Origin: Lama glama
Taxonomy: Eukaryota
NCBI GenBank assembly: GCA_028534125.1
Contig: CM052816.1
Location: 45,758,001-45,822,000, forward strand
DNA length: 64,000 nucleotides
Reading direction: 5' to 3'
In this document: one piece after another, positions 25,491 to 38,524 of the stretch
Numbering within the stretch: position 1 is the stretch's first letter
How the letters are laid out: each line of letters opens with the position of its first letter
Notes under the pieces: model-generated
The model's input: only the letters and a program-made list of their open reading frames with translations
What the model was told of the DNA's origin: nothing
Databases searched by the model: none
Made by a program: the position numbers and the translations under genes

Positions 25491-26421
25491 TGTGATAGGT
25501 AGACTGATGCTCCCCAAAGATGTCCATGTCCTTATCCAGTCATCTGTCGATGGACATTTAGGCTGTTTCCATGTCTTGGCTATTGTAAATAGTGCTGCTA
25601 TGAATATTGGGGTGCAGGTGTCTTTTTGAAGTAGGATTCCTTCTGGATATATGCCCAGGAGCGGGATTACTGGGTCATGTGGTAAGTCTATTCCTAGTCT
25701 TTTGAGGAATCTCCATACTGTTTTCCGCAGTGGCTGCACCAAAGTGCATTCCCACCAGCAGTGTAGGCGGGTTCCCTTTTCTCCACAGCCTCTCCAGCAT
25801 TTGTCATTTGTGGATTTTTGAATGATGGTCATTCTGGCTTGTTTGAGGTAATACCTTATTGTAGTTTTGATTTGCATTTCTCTGATAATTAGTGATATTG
25901 AGCATTTTTTCATGTGCCTATTGATCATTTGTATTTCTTTCTTGAAAAATTACATGTCCTAATTCCTGCAACATGTACATATGTTACTCTACATAAGAAA
26001 GGGGAATTAAAGTTGCAAGTGGAAGTAAAGTTGCTAATCAGCTGACCTTATTTTAGAGCAATTATCCTGGATTACTTGGGTGGGCCCAATTTAATTACAA
26101 GAGTCCTTAAAAGCGGAAGGAGGAGGCAGAAGAGGTCAGAGGAATGTAATGTGAGAAGGACTCTGCATTGCTGGCCTTGAAGATGGAAGAAGGGACCCAT
26201 GGATCAAGGAATGGGCATCTTCTAGAAGCTCGAAAAAGACAAGGAGATACAGTGTCCCCTATAGCCTCCAGAAAGAAATGCAGCACTGCTGACATTTTGA
26301 TTTTAGCTCATTGAGACCTGTGTCAGACTTCTGACCTATAGGAATATGATAGTAAATTTGTGTGGTTTTAACTCATTAAGTTTGTGATAATTGCTTACAG
26401 CAGCAATGGCAAACTAATACA
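25491..26421 (+). mobile_element. MaLR solo LTR (MLT1D-like), interrupted by an L1 fragment
   Basis: Starts tgtgataggtagactgatgctccccaaagatgtccatgtcc; gttgctaatcagctgacctt; ggccttgaagatggaagaaggg; ends acagcagcaatggcaaactaataca. Confidence 0.9.
25533..25952 (-). mobile_element. Young LINE-1 ORF2 internal fragment without 3' UTR or poly-A
   Basis: ORF 25485-25928(-) [19 protein letters not shown]...[18 protein letters not shown]...[13 protein letters not shown]; flanked by catgtcct at 25525-25532 and 25953-25960. Confidence 0.92.
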
Positions 26422-26924
26422 TAGACAAACACTTTTGTGGTTCAGTACGTGTCTGGAATGTTAAAAACTTACTTGATTCATAAAAATTTTCTCATTTCAT
26501 TATCATTCAATTTTGAAATGTTTTTTGCCAAAATACTGATTGATATATTTACTACAATTAGATTTTACAATTAGATTTTTTTCTCAATTGACCTTAGTAA
26601 TATACAACAGATGTTTACTTATTAATATCACTTTATATTTTTATCCACATTATTTATGATTTTCATTTTATGTAATTATCAAAATCCATTACTTTTATTA
26701 TTTGCCTTTGTAGGGTTGGCTCTCATTACTAATTTTAATTCCTTTACATTTTTACTGAATAGAATTGAAGGCTAATATCTCAAAAAATGAAGGATAATAC
26801 TCATATTTTTCTCCTCCCCTGAATCATGCCAAATGACTTTTCACATGAATATTTCTATTAAAATGTCCATGATATTTGGGCTTCTTCAGGGTCTGAATTT
26901 AAAAAAAATCTCTGCTAGTCCAGT

Positions 26925-27070
26925 TATTTATTCAGTAAACATTTATTGAGTGCTATAATATGCCAAGCTTTTTGTAAAATGTTTATGATACAATGGTAAG
27001 ACCAGTTTCTCCTCTTAAGGAAGTTACAGTTGTATCAAGACAAATGTACCAATTAGGATAATGCCAGGCT
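26925..27070 (-). mobile_element. L2 3' fragment
   Basis: ttattcagtaaacatttattgagtgctataatatgccaag. Confidence 0.7.
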
Positions 27071-27149
27071 AGACTTATGGTCAACTTGCAAAACAAAACA
27101 AAACATGGGGAGCCCCCATTTTCTTTCCTCTGAACCACTGTAAAATTTT

Positions 27150-27810
27150 AACTCACCTGCCGTCTTCCTGCCTGATTTACCTATACTCCATTCTTAAGAG
27201 AGAAATCAGACTAATTCACTAGAACATAAGTCAGATCATGGCAGTCCTCTGCTCAGATGCCCCCAGTGGCTTCTTGGCTCACAGTAAATGCTAGAGTCCT
27301 AAGGCTGAAAGGTGAAAGGCCTCACATGTCTGCCTGTCTCTCCTCACCATGCTGACCCTGACCACCCAGCTCTAGGCATATGGGCATCCCTTTCAGTTTT
27401 GAACACATTCAAGCATGTTTTGGCCTCAGACTTTCTGCACTTGCTGTTCTCTCAGTCTGGAGCACCCTTCCTCTGGACATACACCAACCATGTTTCCTTA
27501 CTTCCTTGGGGTTGCTACTTAAATGTCACTGTATCATTAAAGCTTTCCATAACTATCCTATTTAATAGCAGTTACCCAATGGTCAGGATGTCATGCCCTA
27601 ACCACCCCCAGCCTGCTTTATTTTTCTGCCATCTTGTATTTTACTGTTCCCTATGGCATATTATGTGCTTTATCTCTCTTTCTGCCTCCCTTGGTAGGTA
27701 ATCACTAGGAGGCATTATAGCTAATGTGATCATTGTTGTATTTCCATGGATAGAATAGTACTTGGCACATATGGATGCTCAAATATTTGTTGAATTAATG
27801 ATTGAATGAA
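27150..27810 (+). mobile_element. L2 3' portion
   Basis: aacataagtcagatcatggcagtcctctgctcaga; ends tagaatagtacttggcacatatggatgctcaaatatttgttgaattaatgattgaatgaa. Confidence 0.85.
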
Positions 27811-28629
27811 GAGAATCTGATTCAATCTTGGGATTCAAAAGGATTTTCTTGTGAAAGTTATCCATGAAATTAATTCTGAAAGATGACAAAGAGTGACTTT
27901 GAAGGGAGAGGAAAGGGTATTCCAAGCATAGGAAAAGGCAAGCAGCAAGGCAAGAAGCCACTAGACTTCCCCTGTCACAAGTATAATTACCTTCCAAAGA
28001 TGTTAGACTATAAATGGATTAAATTTATATCAGGGATACTGAGCCTCACCTCCAAGAGAACTTGTAAATTGTTTTATGTGCACGTCTTATCTTCTAAACT
28101 CACAAAGGCAATTTTTTTCTATTATCAATGAAAAGAAGATGAACATTGAAGATGAATAGACAACCTATCCAAGACAATAGAAGTGTAATGGTATTTTATA
28201 GGATGAGTGAAAGGACTAAACTTGCCCAGGTGTGTTCATAGTACTATGGTTTTGGTATGGAGGGACCTCAGAGGAATTGAGACTAGCTTGGGAAAAGCTT
28301 TCCTATTATTTGAACAAAATATTTATTTTTGCTTCTGGCTCAGTGTTTCTGATTTCAGATTTCAAACTAAATTTTAGTGACAGTTCTGCTTTACACTGCC
28401 TTTGTAAGTTTTATACGTACTCAAATCTAGGGAATGGTAGAATATATAAGTAACTCCTACAGAAGATAAAGGAGAGGGAATCTTTGAAAAGCAGTCACTC
28501 AGGCTGAGAGTGATAGATGCAATGTTAGATGATACATAGAATTACAAAAACATAGTATGGTATAGTCATTGCCTTAAGGATAGTTACAATTTAATGAGAG
28601 GAGTGAAATGAACCATAATGATGTTAATG

Positions 28630-28870
28630 TCAAAGTCCGCACATATTGTGGGTATACTATATCCAAGCACAATGATAAGTGATTTCATAGAGTAATTGTT
28701 TAGTATTTATAACAGCCTTATGGGATAATTACTATTATTATTATTTTACAGATGAGGAAGATAAGGTTTAGGGAGACTAAGTAACTTGCCCAAATTCACA
28801 AAACTGGGAAGCAGTGGAGCCAGTACTTGAACCCTGATCTGCTGACCTCCAAGCTCATATACACCATTTT
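28630..28870 (-). mobile_element. MIR SINE
   Basis: attttacagatgaggaagataaggtttagggagactaagtaacttgcccaaattcacaaaactgggaagcagtggagccagtacttgaaccc. Confidence 0.88.
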
Positions 28871-29570
28871 TACCTGAAAATACAAAATTACATATTTTAA
28901 AGAAGTAATGAGTTTCAAATGGGAATATATACAAGCAATAATACATGCAATGCAATAATAATATAAGCAACTGAGTATATAATATATACATATATGTAAT
29001 ATTGCTTTATTATTGGAGCAATTAAAAACAGCCTTTGTTCTTGTGCTTTGACTAATCTCAAATACTAAAATGCAGAAATTACTAATATTACTAATATTAC
29101 TCTATTTTAATTATATTTTAGGGAGTGGGTCAAAAGTTTTAATGGTTTTATCAGACTTTCCTTTTTCCCGAGAAGGCAGAAAAATCAACTTTTTTCCCAA
29201 AATGTATTTACTTTCCTTTATTACTTTTATATTATGTAAAATCTGTTATTAAGGAATTTAATGCGTATAGTACTCTGGGTTGACATCTATCTTTTTAAAT
29301 AAGCCATTTTGTAAAAATTTGGCATTTAGAAAGGTACATTAACTTTTTCAGGGCCCCGTTTAGTGCTCTGCTCCAGTAATTTACTGGTCTGTGATACATC
29401 CTGCACTACTTTGCTGGCAAAGTGAAGAATGTCATCTGTTAAAGCTCCAGAGACTATGCTGGCTTCTGTAGAAGCATAATGACTTAAAAAAACAAAAAAA
29501 CAAAAGAAACAAAAAAAACACAACTCTGGAGATTCTGCTGAAGTTTTTTGCAAATAATCCTCAGTATTTG

Positions 29571-29607
29571 TTTCAGAAACAGACTTTTACACAGTCTGTT
29601 TCTGAAA
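29571..29607. repeat. Perfect 15-bp inverted repeat with 7-nt spacer
   Basis: tttcagaaacagact-tttacac-agtctgtttctgaaa. Confidence 0.95.
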
Positions 29608-30004
29608 TTCCTAAAAATTTGACAAAATCTCATTAACTTGATGTCAATATTTTAAAACCAGTTCTAATTTGAAGACTAATTCCCAAGTCACCTGAATTAA
29701 ATTATCTGTACAAATACAATGTTGGAAATTTGGCCCTAGTGCAAAGTACCTCTAGAAATAGTTAATAACGAGCAACTGTTTTTTAAAACTCTGGAAACAA
29801 AGTTAACTCACAATTTGTAAAGCACCTAGCAAAAAGCAGAAAGGAAGAGGATTAAAGCATTGTTTACATTTAAATTTTTTCCTTTGGACTCTTTTTTTTT
29901 CTAATCCCTTGTCAAATAGTAATTTGTGTCGATAGCTAGTGGTTCGCCTGAAGGAGCAATCTCTTTGTGTTGGCTTGGGTCACTTTAAATCAAATAATGT
30001 TCAG

Positions 30005-30104
30005 TCTTTCTCTTTCTCTTTTTCTCTTTCTCTCTTTCTCTCTCTCTCTCTCCCCCCCCCCCCACTTCCTCCCTTCCTTTCTCCCTTCCTTCCTTCCTTT
30101 CTTT
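30005..30104. repeat. Polypyrimidine microsatellite (CT)n/(C)n/(CCTT)n
   Basis: Directly visible; abuts the 3' end of an antisense L1, so it probably derives from the tail. Confidence 0.9.
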
Positions 30105-30638
30105 CTATTGAGTTATAGTTAGTTTACAATGTGTCCATTTCTGGGGCACAGCACAGTTTTTCAGTCATACATGAATATACATGTATTTGTTTTCATAATC
30201 TTTTCATCATGAGCTACTACAAGATCTTGATATTTCCCTGTGCTATACAGTATAAACTTGTTTATCTATTCTATATATACCTGCCAGTATCTATAAATCT
30301 CGAAATCCCAGTCTGTCCCTACCCACCCCCCAGCCCCCTTGGCAACCACAAGTTTGTATTCTATGTCTCTGAGTCTGTTTCAGTATTTAAGTTCATGTGT
30401 CTTCTGTTTTTTTTTTTTTTTTGAGTCCACATTGAGTGATATCATATGGTATTTTTCTTTCTCTTTCTGGCTAACTTCACTTAGAATGACATTCTCCAGG
30501 GACATCCATGTTGCTGCAAATGGTATTATGTTGCCATTTTTATGGCTTAATAGTATTCCATTGTATAAATATACCACAGCTTCTTTATCCAGTCATCTGT
30601 AGATGGACATTTAGGTTGTTTCCATGTCTTGGCTATTG
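30105..30638 (-). mobile_element. 5'-truncated lineage-specific LINE-1 (3' UTR and ORF2 end)
   Basis: ORF 30380-30577(-) IIPFAATWMSLENVILSEVSQKEKEKYHMISL; 3' UTR similar to the copy at 17.8 kb. Confidence 0.92.
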
Positions 30639-30779
30639 AATTTATGTATGTTTAATTCAAATATGTTTCTCCTTGGTCTCTTGTTTTAAATCATTAGAAC
30701 TTTACTTTCCTGAGGTAGAAATGATAGATATGTATTTATATGGGTGGAAAACAAACTGCCGTTTTATTTCATAAAATCA

Positions 30780-31225
30780 AACTCTTTATCTTTGTTAAAA
30801 CCAGGATCTTCTCTTCCTGCCATTTTTCTCTTGGTAGCACCTGAATGAGCCAATGAACTCAGACTGGAGGAACCTCAGTCTTCTTTCTCTCTCCATTTTT
30901 AGTGAGTGACAAAATATGACTTTCTTTTGTGACACCTTTTTCATTGTTTTCTATTTTTACATGGCTGTTGCTACAAACCAAGTTGGATCCTTATTGTCCA
31001 ATACCTGGAAGTATTGTAGTGATGTTCCTGTTTATAACCCCAATTTCAATTTCTCCTGCACATCCCATTCAGGACACTCTGATTAACTTAACCTCTTGCT
31101 TGAGAACCAATGATAATTTTCATTTTAAAAATCATAACTTGGGTTCTTGGAACTCAGTCAAGGGTCTTTTCAAGCTGACCTTAAACCTACCTTTCCAGAC
31201 ATACTTCCACTTCTTTAGTTTACCA
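30780..31225 (+). mobile_element. Degraded L2 fragment
   Basis: ggtctttcaagctgaccttaaacctacctttccagacatacttccac and upstream pyrimidine-rich L2-like tracts. Confidence 0.45.
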
Positions 31226-31589
31226 TATATGCTCTAGGAAAATGGCACATTAATGTTCTCAGTATATAATCTGATTTTCCTGTCCTGTCAGCTGTGCTCA
31301 GGATATCTTGAAAATGGTCTTTAGCAATTTCAAATAGATCAGCATGTATAACTTGTGCTAGATTTATATAGATCTGGGATATAAGCCCAAGAGTGGAGAT
31401 CTTACTATTAATCACTATGATATTAGGCATTTATACTTGTTTAATACTCAAATGAGTGATCCATACCACTTTTTCCTAATTAATGATAGCACTGTAGCAT
31501 CCTGGGAATAAACACTTTGAGTTAAATATATTTGAGAAAAAAAAGTTTTCTGCCTAATAAACTTGTGAAGTGGTATAAAGGATAAATAA

Positions 31590-31815
31590 AAGGGTGGATT
31601 CTGGTCCCAGACCACCAGCATTCAAATTCTGACTGCTACTTGCTAGCTCTTAACCTTGAGCATGTTATTGAACCTCTCTCTGTAACTGTCTCTTCATTTA
31701 TAAATTTTATCTATTACATATGTTTATAAAGAGAATTTAATCAGTTAATACATGTAAAGTGCTGAGAATGGCATCTGGAACTGCAAACTAATATAAAAGT
31801 AAAAAATCTAGTTAT
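31590..31815 (+). mobile_element. MIR SINE
   Basis: ttcaaattctgactgctacttgctagct...accttgagcatgttattgaacctctctctg...catgtaaagtgctgagaa. Confidence 0.8.
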
Positions 31816-32159
31816 TAAAAATGATATCAACAAACATATTTCAGAATTTAAAAATTTAGAAAGCCAGAGTACATTGTTCTTCTTGCCTCTTTAACTTAAT
31901 TTGTATCCAAATTTCTTTACTCAATACATTTCTTCCAATGAATCCCAATCTTTGGATATCATTAAATGAGAAGACCCTTTCTCATTGTCACTTCAGTAAA
32001 CTAAGAGCTGTAGATGTTTGTGACTTGGAGTAAGCTGTCCCTTCTAATAACCCCACAGCTAAAATTGCTTCTGCTGATCCAGAGACTCTCTCTGTATTGC
32101 TGCCATGGTCTTTGAATATGCTGAAGGTCAGAAAAACAGATAATATAAATAGTTAAATA

Positions 32160-32390
32160 AGATCATTGATCAATACTATATGCCAGTCACTGTTCTAGGT
32201 ATTATTCTATCTCATTTAATCCTGACAACAATCTGATGAAACCGACATCATTGTAATACTGTTTTTTTTTTTAATGAAGAAATTGAGGTGCAGAAAGAGT
32301 GAATAACTTGCTTAAGGTCATATCAGAAAGTAGTGGAACCAGTTTGATGTGAGAAGTCAAACCCAATCAGTCTGATTCCAGGCAACCCCC
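32160..32390 (-). mobile_element. MIR SINE
   Basis: tactatatgccagtcactgttctagg...ctcatttaatcctgacaaca...gaaattgaggtgcagaaag...aacttgcttaaggtca. Confidence 0.8.
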
Positions 32391-32447
32391 TTTTCCCACT
32401 ACTTTCACATTAAGCCCCTGTGTAGCTAATAAATATATGTACCTCTA

Positions 32448-32837
32448 GTATTAGTTTACTTTAGCTGCCATACAGTTCCACAGACGAGGTGATTTAAAGA
32501 ACAGAAGTAAATTTTCTTACAGTTCTGGAGCCTAGAAGTTCGAGTTCAAGGTGTCTGCAGGTTTGAGTCTCCTGAAGCCTTTCTCTTTGGCTTGCTCATG
32601 GCTGCCTTGTGCTGTGTCCTCTCATAGTCTTTACTCATGCTTCCCACCTGTGTTCTGTGTTTTCAAATTTCCTCTTCTAATGGAACTCAGATTGGATTAT
32701 AGCCCTACCCTAAGGGCCTCATTTTGACTTTAATCACTTCTTTAAAGGCCCTATCTTTAAACATAGTCACATTCTGAAGTACTGGGATTTAGGGCTTCAA
32801 AATACAAATTTTGGAAAGATACAATTCAACTCATTAT
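32448..32837 (-). mobile_element. MaLR solo LTR (MLT1A-like)
   Basis: gtattagtttact...cagttctggagcctagaagttcgagttcaaggtgtctgcagg...cacattctgaagtactggg...gatacaattcaactc. Confidence 0.88.
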
Positions 32838-33309
32838 CTCTGTAATCTATCACCCCGCATATCCAGTCCTGGAACTTGCTGCATTTAAAGAAAAAACAAA
32901 AAACAAACCAAAAATAAAAACATGCTTCAGGTAAAAATTTCAATCTTTATTCATACTTCTCTCAATTTATGGATATCTGAGGATTTTGTTAGCACTAACT
33001 CTTATCTGTCGTCCTTTCCTATCTTCGAACATTCCCTCCTCTTAGGAATCTCTCACCCTTTTCTCCCATCATAGCACTCTCATCTATGTCCACTTGTACC
33101 TGCTATTTTGCTTACTAGATCCTGTCTTCTCTCAGGGGTGGAGGCCCTGGGAGAGAAGGTCTTTGTTGTGTTTTATGGTTTTGTTCTGGGAATTTGCATA
33201 TACTGACTTAGTTACCTTTTCCCACCCAGTTTCCCGCGTGACTGGCAAAGAGGGAGAGGAAGGGGTGTAGACCTCATATTCATTGCCTCCATCCTGCCAC
33301 ATTAACTTT

Positions 33310-33510
33310 TATTGAACACTTCACTGTGGTTTTACATCCAATATGTTCTTCACTTTCACCTTCATTTTATGTTACCTAAAATTATTCCTCCTATTTACAG
33401 ATGAGAAAACTACTGTTTGAAGATATTATTGCTTACTAAGTGTCTCAGAGCTAGTAAATGATAGAGCTAGAATTCATACTTCAGAGCTGGGTTCTTAACC
33501 CTGCTGGTAG
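33310..33510 (-). mobile_element. MIR fragment
   Basis: tttacagatgagaaaact...cagagctagtaaatgatagagctagaattc. Confidence 0.7.
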
Positions 33511-34974
33511 ATTTGATTATTGATGAACTTTTATCATTGTATATGACACTGCTGAGCAGTTTCTCCCTATTTATGATGGTGGAGAATTTGTAGAAACTTT
33601 TTTAAAGATATGTAAGTGTGACACTTTGATCTCCATAATTGCCAGATATTAAATAATATGTAGATTATCAAAATGAATACATTTAGTTACAAAATGGCTA
33701 TATTGTTGGGCAATTGCTATCCATAAATAAAAAGTCCTTCTTAGAGCCTCTGGGCTGTATGCAGGTGCTAAACATAAATGAAACCCTGATGGAATTTGAG
33801 AAAAAGAATTCCATGTTCCAAGTGTAAGTAGGAAAGCCAAATACCGCACTGATTCTGGCTCTGGGAAAAGTACATACTGTTATATTCCAGCACATCAGAA
33901 TTTTCCAGGGATGTGCCTGGTGTCTTGGAGTAAAGCCAATGTGATTTTTCTGCCATCTAAGTCTTGCTTCTTTATAGGTCTCTTGGCCATGTTCATTATG
34001 TAAATCATAGCTTCCTGTCCCTGAATTGAGACTTTTCTTTCTCTTCTTTCTAAATAGTGAGGAAACACCCTCACTATTTTCCAGAATCTTGCATATATAA
34101 TCATCATTTGTTCCTTTATAGCTTCAGGCTTGACTTTATACTAATGTATGAAAGATGGAACTGACGAAGGGAAGTTAGTTATATGCACCCATACCATTCA
34201 ATAATTGCTATTACCTTTATTTATTAATATTAATATTTAAATAACAACCCCTAGGTTGTTTATTTTTGGTGAAGAGAGGAAGATTTTATGTTTCTGTTTT
34301 TCTGCTTATACTAGGAAACTAAGACCCAGGCTTTAAAAAAAAAAAAAGACTATGGTATTATGATACTCAATTTCAAATACATTTTACTGGTCCTCAATCT
34401 TAGTTTGCCTGGAAAAGTTTTTAAAAATCTTGGGAGAGATGTTGTAATTTTTCAGTCAATAGAAAAATCAACAAGTCCATATCAACAACACAGAAAAAGA
34501 TAGAAATTGATATCATTTAGAATCACTAAAGGCTATATACCTATGATTTTAAAACATCATTTAATTAGAATAAATGATCAGTATTAATTGATTTTCATGA
34601 TCAATTTTTAGTGTGAAGGATTAATTGAGTCTAAATAAAGTAATATATGGATACTCAAGATTTATGAATAAAATTAAAATAGCTATTGGATTATATAGAT
34701 TCTAAGAAGCATGTATCCAGTTGAAATAAAGTTGCTCAGAAAAATCCCAGTATTGCCTAAATAGCATAATGAAGTGATGGCTGACTCTCAACCTTAGAGG
34801 GAGAGAACTTTTTAAAGTCAATGGTAAGGGGCAAATTCTTTAGTTCTAGCCATAATGAATATTTTTGGTGGGATTTATGTATCTTGAAGTCCCCAAATCC
34901 TATTCTCTGTAAATTTATATTCTCTTATTTGTAATTACTCCTTAATCACTCTCTGAAGACAAATTTTTTCCCAT

Positions 34975-35750
34975 TGTTTTTTATTTTAATTTTATTTTTA
35001 ATTGAAGTATAGTTGATTTATAATATTGTTAGTTTCTGATGTACAACATAGTGATTCAGATATATATATATATGCTTTTTCATATTCTTTTCCATTATAG
35101 ATTATTATAAGATATTGAATATAGTTCCCTGTGCTGTACAGTAGGACGTTGTTGTTTATTTTATATATAGTAGTTTCTGCTAATCCCTAACTCCTAATTT
35201 ATCCCTCCCCTCTCTTTTTCCCTTTGGTAATCATAGATTTGTTTTCTATGTCTGTGAGTCTGTTTCTGTTTGTAAATAAGTTCATTTATATCATATTTTA
35301 GATCCCACATAAAAGCGATATCATACAGTGTTTGTCTTTCTCTTGTTGACTTCACTTAGTATGATAATCTCTAGGTCCATCCATGTTGCTGCAAACGTCA
35401 CTATTTCATTCTTTTTTATGGCTGAGTAATGTGTGTGTGTGTGTGTATAGGTATATATACACATACATACACACACACACCCCCACCCCACATCTTCTTT
35501 ATCCAGTCATCTGTCAGTGGACATTTAGGTTGCTTCCTTGTCTTCGCTTTTATAAATAGTACTGCTGTAAACATTGGGGTGCATGTATTTTTTTGAATTA
35601 GAGTTTTCTCCAGATATATGCCTATGAGTGGGATTGTAGGATAATGTGGTAACTCTGTTTTTAGTTTTTTAAGGCACCTCCAGACTGTTTTCCATAGTGG
35701 CTGCACCAATTTACATTCTGATCAACAATGTAGTAGGGTTCCCTATTTCC
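34975..35750 (-). mobile_element. 5'-truncated LINE-1 (older cetartiodactyl-type) with internal (TG)n/(CA)n
   Basis: aattgaagtatagttgatttataatatt 3' end; ORF 35416-35709(-) [31 protein letters not shown]. Confidence 0.9.
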
Positions 35751-35990
35751 AATATTTTTGATGATAGACCATCTCTTGTACCAGCAAGTTAAAAATTCAG
35801 CCATATATCAAAGTATGGAATATGGCAGACAGGGGGATATGGCCATGTCAGCAGGTTTGGAGAGCAATCAGAAAAGCTTGCAAAGTGGCTGAGTAAGTCT
35901 CCAAATCCTGATTAGGATTCCCAGTGCAGAGTAATGGGAACCTGACTGAAATCAGTACATTTATTTCTTTTAAAAACTGGCAGTAGGTTT

Positions 35991-36522
35991 TGTGTTGAGG
36001 GTCCCCAAGACCACCCTTAGGCATGAGGATTGAAGGGCTCACAGGATTCAGAAAACTGTTAGTTATATTCACAGTTGTGGTTTTTTACAGTGAAAGGATA
36101 CGGATTAAAATCAGCAAAATGAAAAGTGCTTGTGGGGCAAAGTCTAGGGGGAACCACTGACAAGCTTCTGGGTATTTCCTCCCTGTGGAGTTACCTGGGG
36201 AAGTGCTTAATTCTCCTGAAATGATGTGTCAACTTTTGCCAATCAGGGAACTTCACCCAAGCCTTGGTGACCTATTGGCTTTTCATTGGGGTTATGTCAT
36301 GTAGGCATCCCCAAGACTCACCTCATGTGCTCAGACCCCCATCCCTGGCCCTGGGTCAAACTGATATAGTGTAACATACACAGATATTCTTACCAGACAG
36401 ATTATTCCAAGGGCTCAGAGGTCTTCTCTTAGGAGCCAGGGCAAGGGCTAGTCAGAAAGACAGACCTTTCTTTGGAATGTGGAGAGAAGCCCAAGCCTGA
36501 TGAGTTAACTTTTTCCTGAACA
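35991..36522 (-). mobile_element. ERV solo LTR (MER21-like)
   Basis: TG...CA ends; gggtccccaagaccacc, acagtgaaaggatacggattaaaatcagcaaa, gagttaactttttcctgaaca; approximate 5-bp TSD ggttt/agttt. Confidence 0.8.
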
Positions 36523-38524
36523 AGTTTATAGTTACAGAGTGGTAGATAAATAGGTTATTTCAGTACAACTTTATTCAAGTATGCTTCTCAAAGTAATTAA
36601 GGAAGTTGTAGGGCTCACATCAATGAGAGTTCGACCTGTGGGAGAAACTATTGTTCTAAGTCTTTTATTAGTGGAGAATTTAGTACATAATCTAACCCAT
36701 GTAACTCAGTATCGTATAATAAAGGAAAAAGTACATTTTACGTTAAATCAAATATTTGTGTCCTTTCCCTTCGTGGAAACTCATATTTCTTTGGAGGAAC
36801 CAGAGAACAAGATATAGAGCCCCAGTAATTTCAAATAGGAATATAATATTTTTACAAGAAGCATTGATTTATAAGTCCAACCTGCAGAGGTGCAGACAGG
36901 TTTATCATCGAGCTGTAAATGTGTACATGCATAACGGAATACAGGGTCTAATTTCTAAAATGTATTTGGATGATGTATTGCTCATTGATAAAATGCAGCT
37001 AAAGTCAAAGACGAGTTCAACTGTTTTTTTTTAAAGGTTGGTCATACAATGCATTATTAAAGCTTTTAGATAAAAGGCAAAATATTATCTAATCTAGTAT
37101 TATGGGGAAAGATGGAGGAATACGTCACCATTTTTATTCGTCTATTTGCTTTCTTGGTTTTTAAAACTAATAATTCCTTTCAGTTTTGGAACAAACTCAT
37201 ATTCAATGGATACAGAGGACCAGTGCTTAATATTCGAATTAACTTATGAGAAATGTATGTTATAGCCAGGATACTATTACCTTTTGCTAGTAGCTCATGC
37301 TGACACTAATTAACTCTAACACAACAATTGTAGAAGCCATGAAAACCTCTTTTATGCATACTTTTGAGATCTATTCTCCCATGAAGATGATTTTTTCAGT
37401 TAAACCTAATATCCACCATTGTAAATTCAGAGACGTATATATTTATGTATATTCTAAAAGAGCCAAAGTACTTGTGTTGTTTCAAAAAAAAACCAGTAGA
37501 ACTTGAGTAGACACAAAAGAATATGACTGGTTTTGATTAAGTCATAGCTGGAAGAGGAAATGTGATAATGGATTTTTGATGAAGAGCAGAGCAGTTTCAT
37601 GCAGGGCTAGTAGTAGATTCCACTTCATTGGAAGATATAATGATGGAGATGGGATTGCCACAATTCTCACATTTCTCCAAATAAAGCTTTCATAAGAAAA
37701 GATCAAGATTTGAATCCAAGAAATCTGGAGTTCAGATCTTGAGATTCAAGAAAAAAGATTCTTAAATATTGATTTCGAGTGAGGAAATAAAGATAGGCAT
37801 CTGAAGTGCCCTATAGAGCATCTCTTAAAGGACTCCATTTCCAAAAGGCCATTTTAGTAGTTCCCCCATGGTTCTTATCAATTCTCCTTTTAATAGTTGT
37901 TTCTCTTATCAAACTTGACAGTTCTAGATAGATGAATGATAACTTGATTGGCAGCTTGACATTGCTAGATAAACTTACTCATTTTTGGAATGAATTTAGT
38001 GTCCAGTGGGTCAGAGGGCTACAGATTGAACCTGTCAGAAATTTGTTCTTATTTTCAATAAATGCTTCTATTTCATTAACTATAATCTAGAGAGCTAGAA
38101 TTAGGGAGAAGAGTTTTATAATAACTAATTGTTGTAACTGTTTCTTAAATTTTGGTATTTAAAAGATTCAGGGTCAGAATAAGCTGTCTATTCTTAAGTA
38201 GTGCCTTCTGAAGTGATTTTTCCTGAAAGACATCCCAATTTGCTTTTTAAGTGTCCAGATTTTCAAAAGTATAAATGGACAGTGATTCTCTTTTTGAAAT
38301 TTAAATGTACATATGTCAGCTTACCTTCAAATGAAGACTTGCCTTCTCTCTGGAGAACATAGATTGATAAATAAAATTTATCGCTTTATTGTCAGCATTC
38401 CTCAGGGTAAAGTGTAACTCAAGTACATGATATAAGATTTTATTAAAACCAAGTGACCATAAAAATTGCAACAGCTACCTTCTGATTCTCCCAAATGTAG
38501 AAGATTAGCAAAAGAGCAACAACA

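Noticed and set aside
29326..29482. Possible minus-strand exon after a long T-rich tract and AG (SHYASTEASIVSGALTDDILHF...)
   Set aside because: No convincing splice donor, no recognisable protein and no partner exons; a lncRNA exon cannot be excluded without RNA-seq
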